From assembly GCA_963749705.1 (NCBI GenBank), contig CAVVNQ010000015.1, forward strand, positions 416,001 through 480,000: a stretch of 64,000 nucleotides of DNA. Reading direction: 5' to 3'. This document shows, one piece after another, positions 21,394-31,524 of the stretch. The DNA comes from an uncultured Chloroflexia bacterium (lineage in GTDB: Bacteria; Chloroflexota; Limnocylindria; Limnocylindrales; CSP1-4). The notes under the pieces are model-generated. The model saw only the letters and a program-made list of their open reading frames with translations. It made no database searches and was not told the origin of the DNA. The first letter of the stretch is position 1. Each line of letters starts with the position of its first letter. Position numbers and translations under genes: made by a program.

Positions 21394-21632
21394 CGGTGCA
21401 GGACCTCTGGTCGGGCGCCCCGGCGCGGGCGCGGCTGGGCGGCGATGGAAGACGCGACCTCCCACGCGGAGCGGCGGGTCGTGCGATGTCAAGGGTCGGC
21501 CAGGCGCCCGTCGATCACAAGGGGCCGGATGGCGAGTCGGCGGCCGATGCGGCCCCCGCGGAGGGGGCCGATCCGCCGGTGGTTCCCGGGACCGCGGCGC
21601 CGTCACCCGGGTCGTCCCGGGAACATGCGTCG

Positions 21633-21915
21633 TCAGCCGCCCGACACCGCGGGGATGACGTGGATGTCGTCGCCGGGCGAGACCGGCGCATCGAGACCGG
21701 ATCGCTCGCCCGCGACGAACACGTTGAGGTGGGTCCGGATCGTCCGGCCCGGCATCGACCAGGCGATTGCGCAGCCCGGGCACACGCGCGTCGAGGTCGT
21801 CGATCACCTCGGCCAGCGTCCGTCCGCTGGCCGCCATTCGGCGCTCGGTTCCCGGAAACAGCGCGACCAGCGAACGTGGCAGGTGGACCACCACGCCGGG
21901 GACCGGGTCAGTCAA
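21633..21915 (-). CDS. MoaD/ThiS family ubiquitin-like protein; apparent 1-nt insertion near 21744
   Basis: [25 protein letters not shown] in one frame, [10 protein letters not shown]...[10 protein letters not shown] in the next; C-terminal GG. Confidence 0.85.
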
Positions 21916-22981
21916 CGACGGCGGCCTCGACGGACCAGACCGGCGGCAGGTTGTCGGCGAGGAGCGACCAGCTGTCCCCTTCGTCCGTGCTGCCGTAGAC
22001 CTGGCCGGTGCTGGTCCCGAAGTACACGCCCACGGGATCGCGGTCGTCCACGGCCATCGCCTCTCGAAGCACGCCCAGGTAGGCGTCCTGCTGCGGCAGC
22101 CCGTCGCCGGCCCTGATCCAGGAGTCACCGCCGTCGTTGGTTCGCCACACGGCCGCACTGGCATCGGGCATGTAGCGGCCGCGGTCGGCTCCGTTGAGCG
22201 GGATCGTCCAGGCGGTCAGCGGGTCGCGGGGGTGGCTCGCCATCGGGAAGCCGAAGTCGGACGGCAGCCCGCTGCTGACCTCCTCCCACTGCAGCCCGCC
22301 GTTGGACGAGCGGTAGACGCCACAGTGGTTCTGCTGGTAGAGGTGCTCGCCGCCGTCGGCGGCCATGACCAGCTTGTGCACGCACTGCCCGAACTCGGGG
22401 TACCTGTCGGGGTGGAACTCCGCGCGGACGCCGCGGTTGCGGGTCTCCCACGTCCGGCCGCCGTCGCGCGTCTCGAACGCGCCGACCGCGGAGGCCGCGA
22501 CCCACATCCGGTCGGGATCCTCGCGGTGGGGGACGATCGAGTGGAGGCACAGGCCGCCGGCCCCGGGCTGCCACTCGGGTCGTGTCGGGTGGTTGGTCAG
22601 CCCCTCGACGTGCTCCCACGTGCGCCCGCCGTCGGGACTCCGGAACAGGCCCGCCGGCTCGACGCCCGCGTAGACCACGCCGTGCGCGGCCGTGACGTTC
22701 CACACGGTCGCCACCTTGGGGCCTGCGTCGCCATAGCTGAGCCCCTCGCTCGAATGCGTCCACGTCGCGCCCAGGTCATCACTCCGCCAGACCGCGGGTC
22801 CGTACCATGGGCTGCCGCCGCCGGCGAACAGTGCGCCCGAAGCCGCGTCCCGGGTGACGTCGTGGATCGGCCACCCGTCGCACAACGGTCCGCGAAGCGA
22901 CCACGACCGGCGGTCGGCGTCGCCGTCGAGGACGAAGGCGCCTTTGGGGGTTCCGAGCAGCAGCGCATGTCGCGTGGCCAT
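21908..22981 (-). CDS. BNR/Asp-box repeat beta-propeller protein (sialidase-like)
   Basis: Repeated S/TxDGGxTW boxes; [35 protein letters not shown]. Confidence 0.9.
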   Translation of the reverse strand: MATRHALLLGTPKGAFVLDGDADRRSWSLRGPLCDGWPIHDVTRDAASGALFAGGGSPWYGPAVWRSDDLGATWTHSSEGLSYGDAGPKVATVWNVTAAHGVVYAGVEPAGLFRSPDGGRTWEHVEGLTNHPTRPEWQPGAGGLCLHSIVPHREDPDRMWVAASAVGAFETRDGGRTWETRNRGVRAEFHPDRYPEFGQCVHKLVMAADGGEHLYQQNHCGVYRSSNGGLQWEEVSSGLPSDFGFPMASHPRDPLTAWTIPLNGADRGRYMPDASAAVWRTNDGGDSWIRAGDGLPQQDAYLGVLREAMAVDDRDPVGVYFGTSTGQVYGSTDEGDSWSLLADNLPPVWSVEAAVVD

Positions 22982-23139
22982 CGAGTTCCTCCTGGCGGGA
23001 AGGGCCCGCCCGTCCGTGCGTCCGGACAGGGTACGACGAAGCGCCGCGCGACGAGCGACGAGCTTCGGCGACGAGCGACGAGCGTCGCGCGCCGATGCGT
23101 GCCCGGGCCGGCGACCGGCCCGTGATCAACCGGCCTCGC

Positions 23140-23379
23140 TCAGGCGATCCCCAGCCAGGCCGCCACCTGGTCGCGGGTCGGGATCCGGCCGGCCATCACG
23201 ACCTCGCCGTCGATGACCAGCCCGGGCGTGGACAGCACGCCGCGCGCCGCGATCTCGGCGTAGTCCGTCACGTGACGGACCTCCGCGTCGAGTCCGGCGG
23301 CATCCACCACCTCGCGGACGACCTTCTCGACATGCTGGCACTTCTGGCAGCCGGATCCGAGGACCTCGATGACGTGCAT
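23140..23379 (-). CDS. Small redox-active disulfide protein (thioredoxin family)
   Basis: IEVLGSGCQKC...GVLSTPGLVIDG...GRIP; AGGAG RBS. Confidence 0.92.
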   Translation of the reverse strand: MHVIEVLGSGCQKCQHVEKVVREVVDAAGLDAEVRHVTDYAEIAARGVLSTPGLVIDGEVVMAGRIPTRDQVAAWLGIA

Positions 23380-23390
23380 GGTGATCTCCT

Positions 23391-24431
23391 TCAGGCGAGG
23401 AACAGGTTGAACCCGTAGCCGACGGCCAGGATGCCGGCGGCGACGATGACGACGAACACGGCCAGCAGCCGCGGCTTCATGACCCGCCGCAGGATGACCA
23501 GCTCCGGGAAGGACAGCGCCGTGACGGCCATCATGAATGCGAGCGCCGACCCGAGCGGGAGGCCCTTGCCCAGGAGCGCCTCGATCACCGGGATCGTGCC
23601 CGCCGCGTTGCTGTACAGCGGGACGCCGAGGGCCACCAGCGCCGGCACGGCGACGGGGTTGTCGCGGCCGCCGAGCTCCACGACGAGGTCCGTGGGCACG
23701 AACCCGTGGATCAGGGCGCCGACGGCGATCCCGGCCACGACGAACGGCCACACGCGGCGCACGATATCGACGGTGGATCGCCAGGCGTCCCGAAGGCGCT
23801 CGTCGAGCGTGGGCCGGACCGCGCCAATCCCCGCGCCCGCGCGGATCGTCCACACGTAGTCCTCGACATACCGCTCCAGGCCCAGCCGGCCGATGAGCAG
23901 CCCGGCGGCGATCGCGACGGTGAGGCCGGCGGCCATGTAGGCAAGCGCGATGCCGGGGCCGAACAGGCCCCACAGCAGGACCAGCGCGACCTCGTTGACC
24001 ATCGGGCTGGCCACCAGGAACGCGAACGTGACGCCCAGCGGGACGCCGGCCTCGACGAACCCGATGAACAGCGGGACGGCCGAGCACGAGCAGAACGGCG
24101 TCAGGACGCCGAAGCCGGCCGCGGCGACGGTGCCGGGCAGGATCCCGCGGCCGGCGAGGGTCCGCCGGACACGCTCGGGCGACACGAACGAGCGCAGGAA
24201 CGACACGACGGTCACGATCCCGGTGAGCAGGAGCATGACCTTGGGCACGTCGTAGACGAAGAACGCGAGCGCGTCGCCCGCCTGCGACCCGCGCTCGAGC
24301 CGGAGCCCCTGGTACGCGAGCCAGTCGGCCGCGGGCAGGTTGACCTGCCATGCGACGACCCAGGCGACCGCGGCCAGGGCGACGATGAGCCCCAGCGGGA
24401 GGTGCGGACGGCGGGCCGCGATGGCCGTCAT
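23391..24431 (-). CDS. ArsP/DUF318 family permease
   Basis: TPFCSCSAVPLF, ASPMVNE, GVPLYSN, ALSFPE motifs. Confidence 0.9.
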   Translation of the reverse strand: MTAIAARRPHLPLGLIVALAAVAWVVAWQVNLPAADWLAYQGLRLERGSQAGDALAFFVYDVPKVMLLLTGIVTVVSFLRSFVSPERVRRTLAGRGILPGTVAAAGFGVLTPFCSCSAVPLFIGFVEAGVPLGVTFAFLVASPMVNEVALVLLWGLFGPGIALAYMAAGLTVAIAAGLLIGRLGLERYVEDYVWTIRAGAGIGAVRPTLDERLRDAWRSTVDIVRRVWPFVVAGIAVGALIHGFVPTDLVVELGGRDNPVAVPALVALGVPLYSNAAGTIPVIEALLGKGLPLGSALAFMMAVTALSFPELVILRRVMKPRLLAVFVVIVAAGILAVGYGFNLFLA

Positions 24432-24757
24432 CGCAGCACCTCGTCGAGCGCGGCGCGTGCCCCGGCCACGGCATCGGCGTCGCGCTCGTAGTACAGGAAC
24501 CGCGCGTTCGCCTGGTGGCGGCTGGCCCGCACGAGGCCGGCGTCACGGAGCCTCGCCAGGTGGTTGCTGACGTTGTTCTCCCGCGCGCCCAGCGTCGCCG
24601 CAAGCTCGCACACGCAGTGCGGCCCGCCGGCGAGCAGGTGCAGGATCCCGGCCCGTACCGGATCGGCGAGCAGGGCCGCAGCCGCAGACGCGGCGGAGAC
24701 GTCGGGCGCCGGCAGGTCCAGCCGGGGCGTGGGGATCACGGGCAGCTCTGTGGTCAT
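24428..24757 (-). CDS. arsR: ArsR/SmtB family repressor with CVC motif
   Basis: LADPVRAGIL, HCVCELA, VSNHLARLRDAGLV. Confidence 0.88.
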   Translation of the reverse strand: MTTELPVIPTPRLDLPAPDVSAASAAAALLADPVRAGILHLLAGGPHCVCELAATLGARENNVSNHLARLRDAGLVRASRHQANARFLYYERDADAVAGARAALDEVLR

Positions 24758-24764
24758 GCGTGAA

Positions 24765-24788
24765 ACATCTCACGCTGCGCTGAGATGT
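24765..24788. promoter_or_regulatory. ArsR-type operator inverted repeat
   Basis: ACATCTCA-N8-TGAGATGT perfect inverted repeat directly upstream of the arsR start. Confidence 0.75.
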
Positions 24789-24878
24789 CGGATGGGCCGT
24801 TGGGTCACGACCCGGCGATCCGGATGGCCCGCCGCAACCCGGGACCGCGGGCCGTTCAGGTGACCGATGACCCGTACC

Positions 24879-24945
24879 TTATAAGTGTCGATGACATATA
24901 CCAGCAGTACACACATGCATGGTGCATGAATATCTCGAGACATGC
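24879..24945 (+). promoter_or_regulatory. AT-rich promoter/operator region for the sulfur-redox operon
   Basis: Local AT enrichment; palindromes TGTC-GAT-GACA (24886-24896) and CATGCA-TGG-TGCATG (24914-24928). Confidence 0.5.
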
Positions 24946-24963
24946 GCGAGGTTCGATGGGCGA

Positions 24964-25347
24964 ATGAGCGAGATCGACCAGATCCAGACGTCGCTCCTTC
25001 GCGCGCTCGCCAGCCCGCACCGGCTGCGGATCGTCCAGCTGCTGGGCGAGCGGCCGCACGAGGTCAACGAGCTGGCCCGCGAGCTCGGCATGGGGCAGGC
25101 GACGGTCTCACAGCACCTGGGCTCGATGCGGGCCGTCGGGCTCGTCGAGGCAACCCGAGACGGCCGCTCCGTCCGATACGGCCTGAGCGACCCCGAGATC
25201 CTCGCCGCCTGCGAGCTCATGCGCGCCGTCCTCGTCCGCCGCCTGTCATCGATGGGCGATCTCGCCAGCGCCGCCGGGCGCGCCACACCCACGACGGATC
25301 TCCCACGACGCGAGCCCGTCACCCCCAGCCAGGTAGGTCATCCGTGA
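24964..25347 (+). CDS. ArsR/SmtB family transcriptional regulator
   Basis: LRALASPHRLRIVQLL, TVSQHLGSMRAVGLV; single Cys in the C-terminal helix (AACELM). Confidence 0.9.
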   Translation: MSEIDQIQTSLLRALASPHRLRIVQLLGERPHEVNELARELGMGQATVSQHLGSMRAVGLVEATRDGRSVRYGLSDPEILAACELMRAVLVRRLSSMGDLASAAGRATPTTDLPRREPVTPSQVGHP

Positions 25348-25751
25348 GCGACACCCTGTCCATCGTCCTGTTCTCCGGCACGGCAGACAAGCTGCACGCC
25401 GCCGCGACGCTCGCCGCGGGCGCGGCAGCCATGGACCGCCCGGTCAACATCCTGCTCCAGTACTGGGCGCTCGACGCGTTCCGGTCCGAGCGGATCGAGG
25501 CGGACCAGGGCCTCGCCTTCGACGCGGGGGCACCCGGCAGGACCAAGCCAGTGGCGGGCACGGCCGCGATCCCCTGGCTCGAGACGTTCCGGATGGCCAA
25601 GGAGCTGGGCGAGGTCTCGATCCTGGCCTGCGCGGGGTCGCTCGAGGTGCTGGGCATCGATGCCACGACGCTCGACCCGCTGGTGGACGACTCCGGTGGG
25701 ATCGCCACATTCCTCATGGCCGCCGAGGGCGGCCAGGTCCTGTTCATCTGA
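25344..25751 (+). CDS. DsrE/DsrF/DrsH-like (DsrE2-type) protein
   Basis: LSIVLFSGTADKL, AKELGEVSILAC, GIATFL...QVLFI. Confidence 0.8.
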   Translation: MSDTLSIVLFSGTADKLHAAATLAAGAAAMDRPVNILLQYWALDAFRSERIEADQGLAFDAGAPGRTKPVAGTAAIPWLETFRMAKELGEVSILACAGSLEVLGIDATTLDPLVDDSGGIATFLMAAEGGQVLFI

Positions 25752-25788
25752 CAGCTCCGTTCGGAGCGCAAGGCAAGGAGCACCGTTC

Positions 25789-26160
25789 ATGGCCGACGCG
25801 GAAAAGCTCGTGTTCATGGTGACGCACGGGCCGGACCATCCGGAGCACGCGACGATCCCGTTCGTGATGGCGGGGGCCGCGCTGGCGTCCGACGTCGCCG
25901 TCGTGCTCGGGTTCCAGGCCAACGGCGTCGAGCTCGTCAGGCGCGGCGTCGCGGAAACGGTCGCGGCCGACGGGTTCCCGCCGCTGGCCAAGCTCCTCGA
26001 CGACGTCCGGGAGCTGGGTGCGCAGCTGCTCGTCTGTGGCCCCTGCATCAACAGCCGCGGCATCGTCGCGCCGGACGACCTGGTCGCCGGTGCCGAGGTC
26101 GTGGCCGCCGGCCGCTTCGTGGCCGAGATCACGTCCGCTACCAACAGCCTCGTCTACTAG
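25789..26160 (+). CDS. DsrE family sulfur-relay protein
   Basis: THGPDHPEHATIPF, LLVCGPCINSRGI, EVVAAGRF; AAGGAG RBS. Confidence 0.88.
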   Translation: MADAEKLVFMVTHGPDHPEHATIPFVMAGAALASDVAVVLGFQANGVELVRRGVAETVAADGFPPLAKLLDDVRELGAQLLVCGPCINSRGIVAPDDLVAGAEVVAAGRFVAEITSATNSLVY

Positions 26161-26174
26161 GAGATCGAATTCCG

Positions 26175-26435
26175 ATGACTGCAACGCTTACCGAACTCGA
26201 AGGCATCACCGCCGCCAAGGTCATCGACGCCCGTGGCGCCGCCTGCCCCGGCCCGCTGCTCGAAGCCAAGAAGGGGATGGGCACCGTTCCCGTCGGGTCC
26301 GTGATCGAGATCCTGTCCACCGATCCGGTCACCAAGACCGACATCGGCGCCTGGTCGGCCAAGGTCGGCCATGACTTCCTCGGCACCCTCACGGCCGATG
26401 GCTACGACCGCGTGTTCGTCATTCGCCGCAAGTAG
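26175..26435 (+). CDS. tusA: TusA family sulfurtransferase
   Basis: IDARGAACPGPLL CPxP motif, EILSTDP...DI..W..K.GH. Confidence 0.92.
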   Translation: MTATLTELEGITAAKVIDARGAACPGPLLEAKKGMGTVPVGSVIEILSTDPVTKTDIGAWSAKVGHDFLGTLTADGYDRVFVIRRK

Positions 26436-26505
26436 CCAGCCCGATGGTCCCGCGGGCGTTCACCACGCCCGCGGTCGACCCGATCGATCCAGGAGTCAGC
26501 GTCTG

Positions 26506-26946
26506 ATGACAGCCCCCGTCGAGACCGAGCCGCGAGCCTCCGGAGACACCTTCGTCCCCAGGATCCTCGTGTTCTCCACGAACAACATCTCCGACCCGGG
26601 GATCGACCTGGCCGGCAGCTCGCACATGCACTACTCGCCGGGCGTCGACGTCATCGGCCTGCCGTGCACGAGCGGGATCCGTCCGTCGTGGATCCTGCAC
26701 GCGCTGCAGACCGGGTTCGACGGCGTGTTCGTCGCGTCCGACGGCGACGAATGCGCCTACCTGCCCGACTGCGCCGAGCGCTCGTCTCGGATCATGAGCG
26801 AGTCGCAGGCGACTGCGTGAGCTCGGGATCGATCCCAGCGGCTGCGGATGGCAGCCATCTGCTCGGTCTGCGCCGAGCCATTCACACGGCACGTCCAGGG
26901 GTTCTCGACGGCCCTGGTGGCGCTCGGACCGGCGGTGGCGAGGTGA
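26506..26946 (+). CDS. mvhD: MvhD/FlpD-like iron-sulfur subunit (variant); two compensating indels near 26811 and 26837 create an internal stop
   Basis: PRILVF...DLAG...LPCTSGIRP.WILHAL..GFDGVFV; shifted frame gives LRELGIDP, then RLRMAAICSVCAEPF to TGA 26944-26946. Confidence 0.8.
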
Positions 26947-26951
26947 CTGCG

Positions 26952-29725
26952 ATGACCCAGACGACCCAGGCCTGCGCCGCTCCGGGACCGACGAGGAGCG
27001 CTACGACGTCCTCGTCGTGGGCAGTGGCATCGGCGGCATGGAGTCTGCCCTCAAGCTCGGCGACATGGGCTACAAGGTCCTGCTGGTCGAGAAGGAGGCC
27101 AGCGTGGGCGGGAAGATGATCCTGCTCAGCAAGGTGTTCCCGACCCTCGACTGCGCGAGCTGCATCTCGACGCCCAAGATGGCGGCGACGATCCATCACC
27201 CGAACATCACCGCCATGACCTACAGCCGGGTGGACGGGATCCGGCGGTCGGCCGACGGCCGGTTCCACGCCTCGGTCACCCAGAAGGCGCGCTACGTCGA
27301 CGAGGCGACCTGCACCGGCTGCGCGAAGTGCGAGACCGCGTGCACGGTCGCCGTGCCCGACCAGTTCAACGCCGACCTCGTGGCCCGCCGGGCCGCCTAC
27401 ATCGCGTTCCCGCAGGCGGTGCCCAAGAAGGCCGTCATCGACCGCGCCGGCAGCTCGCCGTGCTCGTTCGCCTGCCCGGCCGGGATCCAGGCGCACGGCT
27501 ACGTGTCGCTGATCCGGAGCGGCGAGTACGAGAAGGCGTATCGCCTGGTGCTCGACGCGACGCCGCTCGTGGGCACGCTCGGGCGGGCGTGCTACGCGCC
27601 GTGCGAATCGGAATGCACCCGCGGCTCGCTCGAGGGCACGCTGCCGATCCGGCGGCTCAAGCGCTTCGTGTCCGACGCGCACGATGCCACGGGCGATGGC
27701 CCCGGGATCGAGGTCGCGCCGCCCAATGGTCGCAGGGTCGCCATCGTGGGCTCCGGCCCCGCCGGGCTGACCGCGGCCTGGCAGCTCGCCCGCAAGGGAT
27801 ACGGCGTGAAGATCTTCGAGGCGGCCCCCGAGCCCGGCGGCTACCTCCGGCTCGCCATCCCGTCGTACCGCCTGCCCGAGGCGGTCGTGGAGCGCGACAT
27901 CGACAACGTGCGAGCGATCGGGGTCGAGATCGCGACGAGCTCGCCCGTCCGCGACCTCGAGGGCCTCAAGACTGACGGGTTCGATGCGGTCCTCGTCGCG
28001 ACCGGCACCAACCGCTCCACGAGCCTGGGTGTGCCGGGCGAGGACCGCCTCGGGGTGCTGGGTGGAACCGACTTCCTGCGCAAGGTCAAGCTCGACGAGC
28101 CGCTGGACGTCGCCGGCCGCCGCGTGGTCGTCGTCGGCGGCGGCAACGTCGCCATGGACGTCGCGCGAACCGCGCGCCGCCTCGGCGCCGCGTCCGTGAC
28201 CGTCGCCTACCGGCGTGGCCGGGACGAGATGCCCGCCCACCACGTCGAGGCCGACGACGCCGAGAAGGAAGGCGCCGTGTTCAGCCTCCAGGTCACCCCG
28301 GCCGAGGTCCTGGGTGACGAGAACGGCGCCGTCAGCGGACTGCGCTGCACCCGGATGGCGCTCGGCGCGCCCGATGCCTCCGGTCGCCGAAGCCCCGAGC
28401 CCATCCCGGGCAGCGAGTTCACGCTGCCGTGCGAGATCATCGTGAGCGCGATCGGGATGAAGGCCGACACCAGCGCCTTCGCCGGTGGGCTCGCCACGAG
28501 CCCGCGCGGCCTCCTGGTCGCCGACCCGGCGACCTGCCAGACCGCGACGCCCTTCATCTTCGCCGCCGGCGACGTCGTCCACGGGCCGACCGACATCACG
28601 CGCGCCGTCGGCGAGGGCCGCCGGGCGGCGCACATGATCGACCGCTGGCTCACCGGCGGCATGCTCGACGGCTTCGACGACCGGCTGCCGGTGGTCGACA
28701 AGGAGCAGGTGCTGGCGCGCCAGAAGACCTACTCGCTGCGACGCCCCGCGTCCGAGGGCACCACCCTGGTGGCGGCGCCAACCGATTTCCGCGAGGTGGA
28801 GGCGCCGCTCAGCGAGGCGGAGGCCCGCGAATCCGCCGGGCGCTGCCTGGACTGCGCCGTGTGCTCGGAGTGCTCCGAGTGCGTGGCCGCGTGCCCGGTC
28901 GACGGCTGCATCGACCTCCACGCTCGCGACAAGCAGCACGATGTCGAGGTCGGCGCGGTCGTCGTGTCGACCGGCTTCAAGCTGTTCGCCGCGGACCTCA
29001 AGCCGGAGTACGGCTTCGGCCGGTTCAAGAACGTGATCACCGGGATGCAGATGGACCGCCTGCTGGCGCCCACCCGGCCGTTCAACACGATCCTGCGCCC
29101 GGGTGACGGCAAGGTGCCGGACCGGATCGCCTACATCCTGTGCACCGGGTCGCGCGACGAGACGGTGGGCAACCCGCTGTGCTCGCGCTTCTGCTGCATG
29201 TACTCGATCAAGCAGAACCAGCTGCTCATGGGCGCCCTGCCGCTGGCCGACGTGACTGTCCACTACATGGACATCCGGGCGCCTGGCAAGCGCTACGACG
29301 AGTTCTACGAGCAGGCGAAATCGATGGGCGCCAACTACGTCAAAGGCCGCGTCGCCGACGTCCGGGAGCTGCCCAACGGCGACCTCGTGCTCAAGTACGA
29401 GGACATCGAGAACGGGGGCGGCATCGTCGAGGCCGAGTACGACCTGGTCGTGCTGGCCGTGGGCGTGCAGCCCAACCGCGATGCGGAGCAGCTGTTCGAG
29501 GTCGAGGAGCTGTCGCTCGACGAATGGAACTACGTGGACGAGCCCGAGGAGGACCTGAACCCCGGCCAGACGAGCATCCCGGGGGTCTACGTGGCGGGCG
29601 CCGCGTCGGGCGCCAAGGACATCGCCGACTCGATCCTCCACGCCGGCGCCGCGGTCGCCCAGGTGGCCGCCCACCTCGAGGCCACCAGGGTCGAGACCCT
29701 GGAGATCGAGATGGTGCCGGCATGA
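26952..29725 (+). CDS. hdrA: HdrA-like flavoprotein with inserted GltD/NfnL-like NAD(P)H-binding module (HdrL-like); probable frameshift in first ~15 codons
   Basis: YDVLVVGSGIGG, KVFPTLDCASC, CTGCAKCETAC, FPQAVP, PCSFACP/GRACYAPCESEC, GSGPAG, GGGNVA..YRR, CSECSECVAACP, CTGSRD..CSRFCCMYSIK. Confidence 0.88.
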
Positions 29726-31524
29726 ACCACGAGGACCTGCGCTCAACGGCCGCTCAACCGAGTCCGGCCCAGGGCGACAACGCCGACATGGACGGCCCCA
29801 CGGGGCGCCGCATCGGGGTCTACGTCTGCCACTGTGGCGGCAACATCTCCGACTACGTCGATGTCGAGAAGGTCATCGCGGACATCAGCGATGCCGGCGA
29901 TGTCGTGGTTGCCAAGCACGAGATGTTCGCCTGCTCCGACGCCACCCAGAGCGACATGGTCGCCGACATCGAGGGCAACGCGCTCGACGGCCTGGTCGTC
30001 GCGTCCTGCTCGCCCAAGCTCCACACCTACACGTTCCGCGGCGTCGCCTCGCGTGCCGGGCTCAACCCCTACGAGTACACCCAGGTCAACATCCGGGAGC
30101 AGTGCTCGTGGGTCCACACCGACGACCCGGCGGGTGCCACCGAGAAGGCGACCGCGCTGGTTCGCGCCGGGATCTCCCGGACGCGGAACACGGTGCCGCT
30201 CGTGCCGCTCGTGGTCGACACCATTCCCCACACGCTCGTCATCGGCGGCGGCATCGCGGGCCTGCGCACCGCGGTCGGCCTCGCCGACATCGGCCTCAAG
30301 GTCACGCTGGTCGAGCGCGAGGACGTGCTCGGTGGCTGGGTCGGCCGGTTCGGCCCGATGTTCCCCCACGATCGCGACGGTCGCGAGCTGGTGGCCACGC
30401 TGGTCGCCGAGATCCGCAAGCGGCCGTCGATCACCGTCCTCACCGGCGCGGAGATGGTCGGCAAGGCCGGCAGCTTCGGCAACTACGAGGCGACCATCCG
30501 GATCGGTGGCGAGGGCGCCGGCACGATCCAGGTCGCCGTCGGATCGATCGTCGTCGCCACCGGCTTCGACAGCTATCAGCCCGAGGCAGGGGAGCTCGGC
30601 TACGGGATCGAGGGCGTCGTCACGTTGCCCGAGTTCAAGGAGCTCGTCGACGGATCGAGCGGCCCGCTGGCGTGGCACGGGCGACCCGTCCGCAGCGTCG
30701 CCTACGTGTACTGCGTGGGCAGCCGCGGGACCGCCGGGTGCGCCAACGCCTACTGCTCGCGGTTCTGCTGCGCGGCAACCGTCCAGACCGCGGTCCAGGT
30801 CTCCGGGCTCGATCCGGCGATCCGCCAGTACCACCTCTACCGGGACATGCGGACGTACGGCAAGTTCGAGCCGCTGTACACCGAGGCGCGCAAGGCCGGG
30901 TCCGTGTTCCTCAAGTTCGGCGATGACGCTCCGCCGGCCGTCGAGCGGCGCGAGGATGGCGGCCTCACGGTCACCGTCACCGACCTGCTGACCGAGCGCA
31001 CGGAGCTCGCGCTGCCCGTCGACCTTGTCGTGCTCGTCACGGGCATGGTCCCACGCGACAATCACGACCTGGTGGACGTGCTCAAGCTGCCCGCCGGCAC
31101 CGATGGCTTCTTCAACGAGATCCACCCCAAGCTCCGCCCCGTGGAGACCGTCGTGGACGGGGTCCTGATCGCGGGTGCGTGCCAGGGTCCCAAGACCTCG
31201 TCGGAGTCCGTGGCCTCGGGCCTGGCGGCCGTGACCCAGAGCGCCGCGGTGCTCAAGAAGGGGTTCACGGAGCTCGACCCGCTGGTCGCGATCGTGGATC
31301 CGGACACCTGCACGGCGTGCGGCGATTGCCTGACCGCCTGCCCGTACGACGCGATCTCGATGGCCGAGGAGGGTGACCGGCACTTCGCCGTGATCAGCCC
31401 CACCGGCTGCAAGGGATGCGGAGGCTGCGTCCCGATGTGTCCTGAGAATGCCATCGACCTGCTCGGCTATACCGACGCCCAGGTCACCGCGATGATCGAG
31501 AGCCTGGTGGAGGTACCGGCATGA
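29722..31524 (+). CDS. hdrA: Second HdrA family flavoprotein with C-terminal 2x[4Fe-4S] ferredoxin domain
   Basis: RIGVYVCHCGGNI, VASCSP, NIREQCSWVH, IGGGIAG, CVGSR..CSRFCC, HPKLRPVE, CTACGDCLTACP and CKGCGGCVPMCP. Confidence 0.92.
   Translation: MNHEDLRSTAAQPSPAQGDNADMDGPTGRRIGVYVCHCGGNISDYVDVEKVIADISDAGDVVVAKHEMFACSDATQSDMVADIEGNALDGLVVASCSPKLHTYTFRGVASRAGLNPYEYTQVNIREQCSWVHTDDPAGATEKATALVRAGISRTRNTVPLVPLVVDTIPHTLVIGGGIAGLRTAVGLADIGLKVTLVEREDVLGGWVGRFGPMFPHDRDGRELVATLVAEIRKRPSITVLTGAEMVGKAGSFGNYEATIRIGGEGAGTIQVAVGSIVVATGFDSYQPEAGELGYGIEGVVTLPEFKELVDGSSGPLAWHGRPVRSVAYVYCVGSRGTAGCANAYCSRFCCAATVQTAVQVSGLDPAIRQYHLYRDMRTYGKFEPLYTEARKAGSVFLKFGDDAPPAVERREDGGLTVTVTDLLTERTELALPVDLVVLVTGMVPRDNHDLVDVLKLPAGTDGFFNEIHPKLRPVETVVDGVLIAGACQGPKTSSESVASGLAAVTQSAAVLKKGFTELDPLVAIVDPDTCTACGDCLTACPYDAISMAEEGDRHFAVISPTGCKGCGGCVPMCPENAIDLLGYTDAQVTAMIESLVEVPA

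Noticed and set aside
18664-22164. Apparent MoaD-acyl-CoA ligase-GNAT fusion (1166 aa)
   Set aside because: Produced by the moaD frameshift; the intervening translation is Pro/Arg-rich noise from an intergenic region, and the ligase starts at 21393.
26818-26820. In-frame TGA in mvhD as possible selenocysteine
   Set aside because: It is not at a Cys-equivalent position. The shifted frame across it gives the family-typical LRELGIDP, so two compensating indels explain it better.
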